Source: Blepharisma stoltei ATCC 30299
Lineage: Eukaryota > Protista > Ciliophora
NCBI GenBank assembly: GCA_965603825.1
Contig: CBFDEM010000001.1
Span: forward strand, 1-64,000
Direction: 5' to 3'
DNA: 64,000 bases
In this document: one piece after another, positions 53,084-64,000 of the stretch
Numbering within the stretch: position 1 is the first letter of the stretch
Layout: the number at the start of each line of letters is the position of its first letter
Notes under the pieces: generated by a model
The model's database searches: none
Told to the model about the DNA's origin: nothing
What the model saw: only the letters and a program-made list of their open reading frames with translations
Program-made: the position numbers and the translations under genes

Positions 53084-54769
53084 AATTATTTATATTATTT
53101 AGGCATCTGGAGCAAAAATCAATTCGAAATTTCGTCGACCATTTTAGTAATAAGGATAAAAACTGCAATTTAAGGAAATGAGATAATTAAGAGCTTCTAT
53201 AAATGTTTTTATTCACAGTCACTGATGCTAGATTATGCTAAGTTCAATAGATAATAGTGCTGAGTTTTATTACAGCAAGCTTCGATTAAGAATTAGATAG
53301 GCTCTATAGATCTCTTTATTTAAAACATCTAGTTGCATAAAAGAATAATTATTTTCACTTCTATAATTGTCTGTTAAAAATTTTATTCATTGTATAAATT
53401 CGATCACGACGAAGTGTATTGAACTTTAAATTTAAATACTTGTTCATAGAATTGAGCAAATTTTAAATAATTAAGCTATAAAGAGGAAGTAATAAAAAAT
53501 GATATAGAGCTAGAAGGTCCTCTATTTATAGTTATAATAAATATTCACTAGGCTGTTTACTTATAGCACTTTATCCATTATGAATAATTTTAATAGTGGA
53601 TGCCATGCTGTTTTATAAGTATATAAATGTATTTTAAAGTGAATTTATGGGAAATATAATAATATCCCTTTAATGAAACCGTACATGCATAAATATTAAG
53701 GCAAGGAACTGGGATGCTAAGGCAAAATGAAGCAAATTTGCAAGCTCCAAGGTTCATCTTTTGGCTATGAGCAAAATCAGTATTAAAAAATTTGATATAT
53801 CATTAATATATAATAACCTGATTTTCTGCTAATTATATAAAATTATAAAGACCTTGTCCCTTAAACAAATTTCCATTTCAAAAAAGATTGAGAAATTTTA
53901 GGAGTAAAAATCTAGATAGTTGTTTAAAGGTAAAAGTTATATTTTATAGTTTACATTTAATAATTGTTGTAAAAATTAATAATTTATGAATATTTTAGTT
54001 TCCTAGCTAACTGTAAGCTTACTGTCTGGCTAATTCTGGAATTTCTATTATATAATTATGGAAATTTCTGAGCTATACTCTTCAGCATAAATATTTTGAG
54101 ATGTCATAAGATTATACTTAAAATTATAAAAATTCTTAGCAAGTATTCAATGATTAGAGCATAACAAAGCAAGATTCATATTAAATTAAATTAAAGATTA
54201 ATCAATGGCTCCGACTATATCAAGCTGAATTGAGCAGATTAATATTAAGATGCTGAATAGCAGTCAGGGATATAGCTATAAAATTTTTAGATTATTCTTA
54301 AAGATAATTTTTTCGTAGATAAGGCTTGCCTTTTAAGCCTCATGGAAATGCTTAGCCTGATACAAGTTTACGCTTAAACCTTACACTGTATTAGTCATAA
54401 CATATTTTAGATGCAATTACATCCAATCACCTTCAATGCCTAAAGCAATAAGAACAAATAAAATAACTATATATATAAGGTTTTGATAATCTAATAAGAA
54501 CTAAGATTTCTGAAAGCAATTTTTTTTAATACTTTATTGGCTTTTGCATAATCTGTTCAATCCCAACTTCAAACTTATGCCTATATGCCAAAATAAAATC
54601 AGTGTAAAAATTTAAGCCCATAGACTGCATTTAAGTTAGAACAAAAGCAATATGCCAGCAATAAGCTATAAAAATAAGTATAGAAGCTACTTGCATATTG
54701 GAGCATAATAAATATTAAAAACTTTGAATGAAACAATTTTTTTTATCTATACTAGGCTTGTGATCCTGT

Positions 54770-55320
54770 TAAGCAGTGACGAGGAATCTTATTACAGAGA
54801 GAGCTCTGGTAATGATAGTATATTTTGGGATGATGAATTCTAAGACTTTGCTAATGAAATCCTCGGAGATGAGTAACCCATAGATGAAGAAGATGATTCG
54901 AACAGTGAAGCTTTGAGGAAGAAAAAGGATATTGGGGAAGCATGTTGACTACCCTCAAAATATAGACCTCAAAACAGAAAATGAGTTCTTGGATAACAGA
55001 GGGCTAGTATTGACCACAGAATCTGCTAGGCTAATTGAGTGAGATAAAAAAAAGAAAAATGAGTCAAGGCACAAAAGCAAGCAAAAAAGGCAAAAGGGCA
55101 AAAAATAAAAATAGAACAAAGACCTGATAGAAAACTCACAGAACCTCCGAAAGATATCCCAACAGAAACCGAGAGAAACTTTTTGCTCAAATTTAAAGAG
55201 GAGAGCAAATATATTTTATAGATATTGAAAACTTTAAATGTCAATCCATTTTTGCTCCTGGAATTCATAAAAAATTTTCACGATTACAATTTAACTCTTT
55301 TTAACTCAAAAGACTAATTG
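54770..55320 (+). pseudogene. Decayed ORF of unknown family (acidic stretch followed by basic stretch)
   Basis: Purine-rich, coding-like sequence: SDEESYYRESSGNDSIFWDDEF*DFANEILGDE*PIDEEDDSNSEALRKKK. Then a frameshifted KHVDYPQNIDLKTENEFLDNRGLVLTTESARLIEWDKKK. Confidence 0.45.
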
Positions 55321-55446
55321 GTTGGCCAAATCAGCAGGCAATTGAGGAGAAACTTTAGCTCTCCGGATATATTCCTTTATTAATATCTTGAAATTATTTT
55401 TTAAATAATGAATTTTAATCAATGTTATATTGACTTAATTATCAAT

Positions 55447-55800
55447 ATGAAAGCATTAAATATTTATTTTTCACAAGCTTAGTTTATTGTCAGATATATA
55501 TTGAGATACTTTACAGCTCTTATACAGATTTTTCATTGCTTCCAGCAACTTTGGATTGGCTTCAACAAAAATTTATTAACCAAGTTGAAGTTAGGCTTAT
55601 TAATTTAAGCATAATGCCCAATGAGCTTAATACAGGAGAAATGCCTCAGATTGCGATAGATTTGACTTTTACTTTGTCTTTATCAAGCTTGATGAAGCAA
55701 TATGCTTCTCAAAATGAAATAATACTTTTTCAATACAACAGCCATCTCCATTTTTTAGCGAATAAATATTCAATTTTTAGAGCAATGCCCCGAATCTAAA
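55447..55800 (+). pseudogene. Inverted N-terminal fragment related to the gene at 55900-59292
   Basis: QQKFINQVEVRLINLS..IAIDLTFTLSLSSLMKQYASQNEII matches QQNYNNQVEAKLVNLS..MAIDLTFTISLSNLIKQYASQNEII. Frameshifted leader. Confidence 0.8.
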
Positions 55801-55899
55801 ATTGCATGTATTAGAGGATAATTTTATTTTTAATTTAAAAATTAAAGTTATCCTTAGATGATGATTTATTATCAACAGCGTATTCTTAAATTTTGATTG

Positions 55900-58800
55900 T
55901 TATTTGAGAGAAATAGAGAATTGAGATCTGCTATTTCTTTCTTTATTCAACTGATTTATTTGACTTGCTTTTATTGACTTGCCTAATGAAAACCTAAAAA
56001 AAAGAGCAATGTCTGGAGGGTCCTCTGAATAAAGAAGAGAGGGACAATAATAATGCTGAATTGACACAGCAATAATCAATAAGAAAAATCATCCTCCATA
56101 TTGAAGAAAAGCTCATTTCTCCAAAAATCCATCATCAAAAAGCTTATATATTGAGGAAATCCCTATGTTTCAAATAACAGCAATATATGAAATCATTAGT
56201 CAAAGATTGCATCTGCTATAGTTATATTGCTTCCGCTTCAATTTTGTAAAAATGATAAAGCAAATTATCAATAGAATATATATGAGTCCATATAGTGATT
56301 GATAATGGACTAGCAGGGTATTGTTTAGCGCGATCACAATTGTTTGAAATACTCTCTTTTCGAGTAAAAACGTTGGTCAAACTTGTATATTTGAATGTAC
56401 ATTTATAGCATCACAATATAGTTTTAAATTCATTGCAACAGGTAAATAAAGAATTAGCGCAATGACTGCAAGGACTACTAATGTTATATGATGGCCTTTT
56501 CAACAAAATATTTCGCAATCTTGCCTCATAAAGCTATCTGTAATCTCATTTCCTATGCTTTGGTCACATTGAAATACTCCTAATAGTGTAAAAAGTATAG
56601 GCATGTAGCATATATTTCCAACAAAAGGAATTAGCCATTCAGGCAGCTTCTCAAAAATATTACAAAAAGACATTTTGAATCTTCCCCAACAACTTCATAG
56701 ATTTCTGGTGCTAAAAAATATGACAATAAAAGATAATGCGAAACTGATGTAAAAATATACTAAATAAATGTCTTTGGAAGATCCCCAGTCAAATCGATAC
56801 ATAGAAATTTTAACAAGTTGATTTAAATATTTGTCGTAGGCGCTAAAATCTGGCCCTAAGAAGAGAAATTGGAGGAAATCTATAAAAATTATGAGATAGG
56901 CTAGGTAATCTCAAAATGCAACCTCACTTGAAGCCGCTAGTGGCTTTATCATTATGTGATACCAATATTGTTTTATTATAAAAAGAGCAATAAAAACACT
57001 AATCAGCACACAAGAGTCAACAATATAAAGAAACTTTGCCCCATTCATAGAAAATTCAACACTCTTTGGGTCAAAATCACAAGAATAAGCAATTAAATCG
57101 CTTGGAATATTTGAAGAGTTGTCATATCAGATAACATTATCAGTAAAAGTAAATAGCTGTTGACTACTTAGATCATAAGTCCCTATTTGATAATTATATA
57201 AACTATTTTCATTTCACCTGATATTATAAATCCCAATAACTGCTGTACTTCTATCATTTGAATCCTTGTCAATTGACACAGTTCCTGAGCATCCTATAAA
57301 CCTCTGCATCCTTAAGTTAGCGTTTAGAGTTGCGAAATCTTCAACACTTCCTCCTTGGTCTATTGTATATTTAATTCCATTCAATAAAAGCATAGCAGTG
57401 TCAAAAGAAAAACAGCGATAAGCATCGTTGCTTGCAGAAAATGCTTTTTCATAGCCTTTTTGTATTTTTTTGCCATATTCTCCAACTCATTCTGCTTGAT
57501 CCATTGTGATCGTTCCATAATATAACTCTTCCAATTTCTTCATTTGTGCAGGATCAGGCTCATAGGCAAAAGCACTAGTAGATCTGCTATACACAAATAA
57601 AATTATATCTCCCTTTCTGAAGCCTGCATTATATAAATCTTCAACAAAATAAAGCTGTGCTGGAGGGATCATTAAAAGAAGAAAAATCCTTACTTTTGAC
57701 TTTAAAAACTCTTCCATTCACGGCTTATATGTAGAGTAATCGCTATGGCCATAATTTTGCTTTATTTCTCTTTTATCTGGAGGATTTACAATTTCAAAGC
57801 CTGTTTGATTTATGCTTGATAAAAGAAACTGATAAGAAACAATTTGTGAAGGTGTTTGATCATACACAATAATAAATTTTTTTCATTGAAAAATCGCGAA
57901 AAGGTTCAAAAAGCCGGCAAAATTATAGCGGTTGTCTTTGGTCATCCTCATAAATTCAGGATAAGTGGTTTTATTCATCAAAATTGGTGAAGTCGCAATT
58001 TCGGAGATTTGTGGAATTGAAATATTTAAAGCTCGCAATGAATTTATGTTCCCAATTACTGTAGGCAGGTAAGGTGTAGTTAGAAGTCCAACGCCAAGAC
58101 TGTTTTTTAGCTTGGTAAAACAGTTAAGAGAAAATTTTGGATAATAAACTTCAGCGCCACAGTCTGTGTGGGTAACCAAAATTGCAAAGCCATCTATAAA
58201 ATTATTATTTTTTGCATACATTAATGCATATTTTGCTCCTTCTTTCATCTTATCTGAGTATGAGCTATTACTATATCCTGGATTTGTGATACCATCTGAT
58301 ATAGAAATTGTTATATTTGTATAAGGAGAATTTGGGATTACAGAAGAATTTCCAATAAAAACTAGGGCTTTGGAAATAACTAGCTGTTGATCATAAATAT
58401 ACCCCACTTTTGTTTTTTCACTATTTTTAACATTTAATACTGTGAAATTTGATATTGGTCTATGATTTATTGTATTTTTTTCTAAATAACTTCTAATATC
58501 ATGAATATCTGAACATTGTCTGCAATTAAGTACAATATTTATGATTTTTTCAACTCCTAGTGCTTCATAGCTATAAGAATCTGTTACATTTTCTAGTCCC
58601 AATTCAACTATCCCAAATAGCCCAGTTTCAGTTGCATTATATCAACTCTTTGTCCCTAATATTATCCCAGTTCCCAAACTAAATAGATTTGCATCTTTTA
58701 TACTTTTTACAAGAAAATTAGCAACTTCGCCTTTATTTAAAATCACAATATTTTTTATTCCTGCAGGCTTGATTTCTTTTTTAAGCACAATTTCAGCTGA

Positions 58801-59292
58801 TTTTTGGTCTCCATTACTAGGGAAAAAAAAGCTTTTAATATTTGCACTTGGCAGTTTTTTAAATTTTGCTCAATCAGAGTCAGCGAGAACAATTATTTTC
58901 TCTCAATTTAGATAAGAGATGAGAGCTGAAAGGGCATTAGTTTGGTCTTGTTCTGAAGGATGAATGAAAAATTCTCAGCTGCTAAATGAGGGAGAGTCTT
59001 GAGAAGAAATCATGATTATTTCATTTTGGGAAGCATATTGCTTTATCAGATTGGATAAAGAAATAGTAAAAGTCAAGTCAATCGCCATATGAAATATTTC
59101 TCCTGAGGTAAGCCATATAGGATTTAGGCTTAAATTAACAAGTTTTGCTTCCACTTGGTTGTTGTAATTTTGTTGCACCGAATCGAAAACTGTTGAAGCC
59201 AGTATGGGATCGGTATCGGAGCTATAGAATATTTCTATTTTTATCTGGCAATAGGCAAAGCTTGCAAAAATAAAATATCAAATATAATTCAT
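55900..59292 (-). CDS. Family 1 receptor-like protein, divergent copy 5 (1,130 aa)
   Basis: Translated end to end with TGA=Trp from ATG 59292 (MNYIWYFIFASFAYCQ) to TAA 55900. Motifs THTDCGAE, IPQISEIATS..YPEFMR, RFIGCSGTVSI, FQCDQ..DCEIFCW and YNYSRCN. Confidence 0.88.
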
Positions 59293-59949
59293 CTTAATAA
59301 TTTATTAATAAATGACTCTAAAAAAAAAAAGCACCAAAAACATTAAATCGGGATGTTTTGTAAGCAAAAAGTCTTTAACACACTTGCAAGAACATAATTT
59401 TCCTTATTTCTTTATCAAACTTTATATTGATGTCAGTATCAGGTTGATTTTAGGTCAAATCTACTCTCTATGAAAATAGCAAAGAATAATTATTTATTAA
59501 CATTAATTCTTAAATAACTTTATTCTTAGGCATAGACAGTTAAACTTTCATGCTATTAAAATACTTTTTTTTAGATAACGAATGCTTTATTCAGTTTTGT
59601 TATAATAAATAAGTTACCCTTTTAAAAATTAGCAACAGACATACATCTGTGATTTAATTAAAACTGAAATTCGAAACAATAATGAGCCTCTTTTGGAAAA
59701 AAATGCAAAATATTGTATGAATTCTCATCAATTCCAAAAAAATTTGTGCCATCATAAATTTTTATTATATTAATTATAAAAAATCAATTGTAAATATATG
59801 ATATCTTAATATGACTATTCTTATCCAAAACATAAACTCACAATTTATATTTTAAACATTTATTTATTAATAAAATTTCAATTAAAACTCGCATTTTCAA
59901 CTTGCTGACTGGACTGGTATATGTTTTCATTGTTTTTATTAATTTCGCA

Positions 59950-60560
59950 TGCCAAGAACAAATATTTTTTTCAGATTTTTCTTTATGATTTGGCCCGCAG
60001 GGCTTTAAAGCATGCTAAGGCATATTTTGAGTTAAAACATCAGCTCCACAATCAGTATGAGTCACTGACATTTCAAAATCTTTAAAAAAATTGTGCTTTT
60101 TATATAAGTAAGTGCATAAGCAGTGCCTTCTTTTGTTTTATAAGTGCTGTCAGAGTAGCCTGGATTTGTGAGGCCGTCTGCTATTAATAGAGGAATATAT
60201 GTGAAAGTAGAATTTGAGACTGCTGTTGTATTTCCTAGAAAAATAGGGATGGAGGTGATATTTAAGGAGCCATTTGAAAGGCTTCCAATAATTATTCTTC
60301 TGCAATTCTGGATGTTTATTATCGAAAAATTTGAAACTGGACAATGCTTAACTGTATTTTTTCCTAAAAAAATATGCAAAGCAAATTGTTAGAATTTGAA
60401 GAAAATCCTAAAATAATGATAATAAATTTTGCGTATCCTATAAATTCATAGGAAGAATAATCAATTGAATTCTCTAATCCTAAGCAATAAATACTAAAGT
60501 AAGTTGCGTTTTTAATTATAGAGCTGTTAGCTTCGCTACTTTCATTAATCAGCATTAGAA
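59950..60560 (-). pseudogene. Internal fragment of a copy-5-type gene
   Basis: GLENSIDYSSYE, KNTVKHCPVSNF, ADGLTNPGYSDS and THTDCGAD, with frameshifts. Confidence 0.8.
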
Positions 60561-60756
60561 AATCCCTTTGGTAATAATCAAAATTTTTTTATATAATTTA
60601 CATTTGTGTGAAACATATTTTAATTATAACTAATAATTATAAATTAATATTAAGAAAATTATAAGCATTTTAACGCATAAAATTAAATATATATAATAAA
60701 AAAGTAAGTCTAATGAATGCTGATTGAAGCATCTACAAGCATTTTTGCAATAAAAC

Positions 60757-62872
60757 ATTCACTTTCTATCCAAATTAACTAAATCAATTTAAATTTTGAA
60801 TCCTTTAATAAGTGATCCTGTATGAATAATAAGAAAAGTTATCTTATTTACTTTTAGCTTTTTCTTCATACTAATTATAAGGAACTCTTATCTCCTCAAC
60901 TGAAGAGTCATTTATCTCTGGCTCAATCTCATTTTCATCAATCTCTTCTTCACTTTCCCTGTTCTTAGCTCTCTACTTTCCTCATCACGGACTTCTTCAC
61001 TCGTCTCCTGAAGTGTAGATGTTGTATGTCTTTCTCTTTCTGATTCAAAAACACTGCTCGTCTGGTACCCAGAGATCGAATCTTGGCTTTCATAGCTGCC
61101 AATTGAGAGTTCTTTTCCCGCCTCTAGTTCTGGAAGTACACTTATAAACATATCAGCCATGGTGTATTTCGAGTCAAAAGGCTTTGGGCGCTCTTTTGTC
61201 TCTTTCATGTTATGTAACATTGAAAACATCTTTTCCCCGCCATTTGAAAATACGTGACCTTTCTTTGGGTTCTAGAATATTTCATCATCGAAGCCATCAG
61301 ATTTGTGGCCCATTAATTTTCGTATGAAGGGGATCTTTTCACCGACCATGAGAAGCCCTGCGTGGAAAATATGTGTGAGCCAGAAGTATAAGAAGTAGAG
61401 GTTCATTATGACAATGAGTAAAAAGAAAATTAGGCTGCTCCAGTCGTCAAGGTCCTTAGTTAGGTAGTAAAGCCCACAATAAATGGTGATTGAGGATACA
61501 AGGACAGACCGAAGCTCCTTTTTGCTCAAAGGTCTTCCGTTATAAGGTCGAATAGATTGAGTTCCTTTTTAGTTGTATCTGATGCTTACGTCTGGCGAAT
61601 TTTTGAGGGAGATGACTATTTATTCAAAAATTGGCCAAAATATATTACTGATAGATATTTGGTTTGCAGTCAAAAAGTAATCAAGCCAATTCTGAGCCAA
61701 AAGAAAGCATCGGATGTAGCTGAGCTAAAAAAGAGCTTAGACTATACCTGTACTGCAGATGAAGGCTGGTTGCAAGTACGATCGCTACTGTAAGCGCTTG
61801 AATACTGACTGAAATATTAGCCAGAAATACTGAGCAGCAGATAATCAATAATTTTCGATACAAAATAATGAATTCCCAATAGTAGCACGAAGCTGTATAC
61901 CCATTGAAAAAGAACCCAAATTTAAGCCTAACACTTAATTCGTTCAGTCTTCTCTTATTCTTCATGAGATTTAGCAAACAAACAGCTGGGATTCCAATTC
62001 CCCAAACTATAGCAGCTGGAATAGAAACTATAAACAAATAAAACAAGTGTTTACTGCGCCAGCATCTAATATCAAGGTTGTCATTGAGTCAATATTCTCC
62101 AGAATTTATCTGCTTGCAATTGAATGACCCAAAAATCATTTTGACAATGTTCGGGTGCACGATAAATAGCAAAATAATGCAGGTAGATAGTCGTTCGTAA
62201 AATCCTTGAAACTTTTTCGCTTAAGGTCGATAAAAACCCAAATGACCAGAGCAATTAGAGATATTCCGATCGGCATCAGACTCATAAGTATCAGCTTATT
62301 GAAATAATATTGGTCTGGGTCACTTTTGCTCGTCTGTAAAAAGCAGTCAAAGGAAAAGGCTTGGTCGCTGACTGACCCAGCGCTGTTTTGTGTTGAAAAG
62401 ACTTGAAGGACTAGACTTGGCCAGTTGAGGTTAAAAGTCGTCACAAGCATAACCAGCTGAAGGTAGTTCATAAAGATTTTGATATACACAGAAGTCAGGG
62501 ACTTTGGGACAAAGGCAGAGTCTCTTGTAGATTTAACCATAATTGCACAAAGGATAATAAGTGCGATGAAGATCCCAATAATTGCCATACTGTTTGTGGC
62601 TTTGTCTGGGCAAGGACTGCAGATGCCAGTGCCTGTCTTAGAGTAGCCATATTCACAAGACTGACACATGTTTCCTTTGTAGCCGTCTGAACACTCGCCT
62701 GTGTAGGAGATATTGTCTGGGTTGGTTGAGCCTAAGCACGCATTTGAATTCTGACACTTCCAAAAGACATTTGTGTACTTGTTGTCTCTCCAGTATCCAG
62801 ACTTAGGCGCCATTGTGTAGTTTCCATAGCAGATTCCGCCGTCAGGGCAAGCGAGACAAGAGGGGTTCTTAG
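60757..62872 (-). pseudogene. Partial duplicate of the 3' part of gene B (~45305-47328), frameshifted and carrying a 193-bp insertion
   Basis: High nucleotide identity to gene B and its 3' flank. Small deletion near 62185, TAG at 61272, insertion at 61552-61744. Confidence 0.92.
61552..61744. mobile_element. 193-bp insertion with imperfect terminal inverted repeats and internal hairpins (MITE/IES-like or retroposed structured RNA)
   Basis: Absent from the intact paralog (TATAAGGCCGG|TACCTG at ~46186-46202). The ends are complementary over ~36 nt. Confidence 0.7.
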
Positions 62873-64000
62873 AAAATTCTGATAGTTATTATACATATGA
62901 AGGCTTAGCTCTTATAAAGTTTTTAAATTTGGTTCTTGAATGCCCTTTAGGGTCTAGTCCTTTAGACTTGGTTGCATTTTTAGATAAAAATACAGTAGAT
63001 CATCATCCTATATCTAACTTTACTTTACTGAATGTCGAGAGTGGTGAAAAGATTATAGCAGGAAATATTTTTAACGGAAATTTGACCATTTTAAAGTCTT
63101 TAAATTTTCCAGAAGATTCTTCAATAATTCCAAACTCTCCTACTACAGATGTAAATATATGAATTGCAGATGGAACCACAAATCCAGGAGCTGATCCTGA
63201 ACTTTTGGCGACAACTGTGACATATGCAGAATTTTATGCACTAAGCTATTGAAAAAGTATACATGCCTTAGATGGCTTTGAAATAACAGTTACAAATACA
63301 GATTGTGGGGTTACAATATACGATGCAGATTATGCGTATTCCTGTTTTTCTAAATTGCTTGAAACCCCTGGAATTGATTATTTATCCATGGATGGCTATT
63401 GGCTATATTATACATTGAGATATTTCAATTATTCAATGCCTCATATTTCTCCATATGCCCCTTCCAGTGTTACAGAAAATTATACAGCATTTCCTGAATT
63501 TATGACAGTCATAAAAGATGTAGCATTCAACACCCAAGTCATATTAAACCTTGCAGTGATTTTTGGCTGAAAAAATTTTGTGGTAATTTATGACAATGCA
63601 AGTACAGTGATGTATAATTATTTTGTTGCGCAACTTAAAAAATTCAATATGAGGATTGTAAATCCTCCAAAATTGCAACAAATTGATACATATTATACTA
63701 GAAATGACTATCCGAAATGAAAATATTGGTTCGAGGGGTTAATAAAGCTAAGAGCCAGACTTAATGTAGGGTTTTTGACACCTCCTTATTGAATGTATGT
63801 GGTTGAAAGCTTTTATGATGCTGGGATGAGGAGAGGCGATTGAATCTTTTTAGCCAATGCGAGACTTGCTTATTCACTTACATGGGAAACTGATGAAGTT
63901 CAGCGTAAAAAGCTTATTAATTTAATGTATGGAGGAATAGTTATTTCCCAGGCTGAATGGATTGGGGATTATGGACAAATGTTGAGGAATGGCTTTATAA
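62869..64000 (+). pseudogene. 5'-truncated family 1 copy, most like 33962-37432; runs off the window
   Basis: Begins mid-gene at (T)TAGAAAATTCTGATAG (the GLESAD-equivalent position). Shares NPGADPELLATTVTY with copy 4. Compensating indels near 63380-63410. Confidence 0.85.

Noticed and set aside
53100-54760. Possible decayed membrane-protein gene or ncRNA in the AT-rich spacer
   Set aside because: No sustained frame, recognisable motif or tRNA/rRNA structure was seen.
55331-55342. 12-bp match TCAGCAGGCAAT to the retroelement 3' end (12256-12267)
   Set aside because: Matches of this length are expected by chance within 64 kb, and the hairpin and flanks are not shared.
8060-60392. Antisense and alternate-frame ORFs (e.g. 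8060-8269, 37679-37884, 40754-41047, 44628-44957, 52953-53168, 55026-55268)
   Set aside because: They are shadows of real CDSs or low-complexity sequence, with no recognisable motifs.
61577-61600. CTGATG as a hammerhead ribozyme core in the insertion
   Set aside because: The sequence is CUGAUGC, not CUGANGA, and there is no correctly placed GAAA/stem II.
5738-63570. Dozens of short ORFs treated as separate genes, or as evidence that all genes are pseudogenes
   Set aside because: They are in-frame pieces of long genes split at UGA(Trp).

Overview
This window is the left end of a heterotrich ciliate chromosome, most likely macronuclear and most consistent with Blepharisma. It has about 3 kb of (CCCTAACA)n telomere, UGA read as Trp (UAA/UAG are the stops) and 15-nt spliceosomal introns. 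The supplied ORF track splits real genes at every UGA. Read with UGA=Trp, the window holds a subtelomeric array of two membrane-protein families. Family 1 proteins are ~1,130-1,160 aa: signal peptide, two tandem periplasmic-binding/Venus-flytrap (ANF-receptor-like) domains, then ~9 hydrophobic segments. There are five open copies, one full-length copy with two in-frame TAA codons, and about ten pseudogenes or fragments. Family 2 has two ~2,500-aa proteins: Lin-12/Notch-like Cys repeats, a GGA(I/L)/FxxN beta-helix, a Cys-rich stalk and a multi-pass membrane domain, plus one partial pseudogene copy. The two families appear to share a distantly related membrane module. The array is being actively remodelled: segmental duplications, a conversion-like tract, a 5'-truncated non-LTR retroelement at a breakpoint, and a 193-bp self-complementary insertion rich in G-U pairs. 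All domain calls come from motif recognition by eye, not from database searches.
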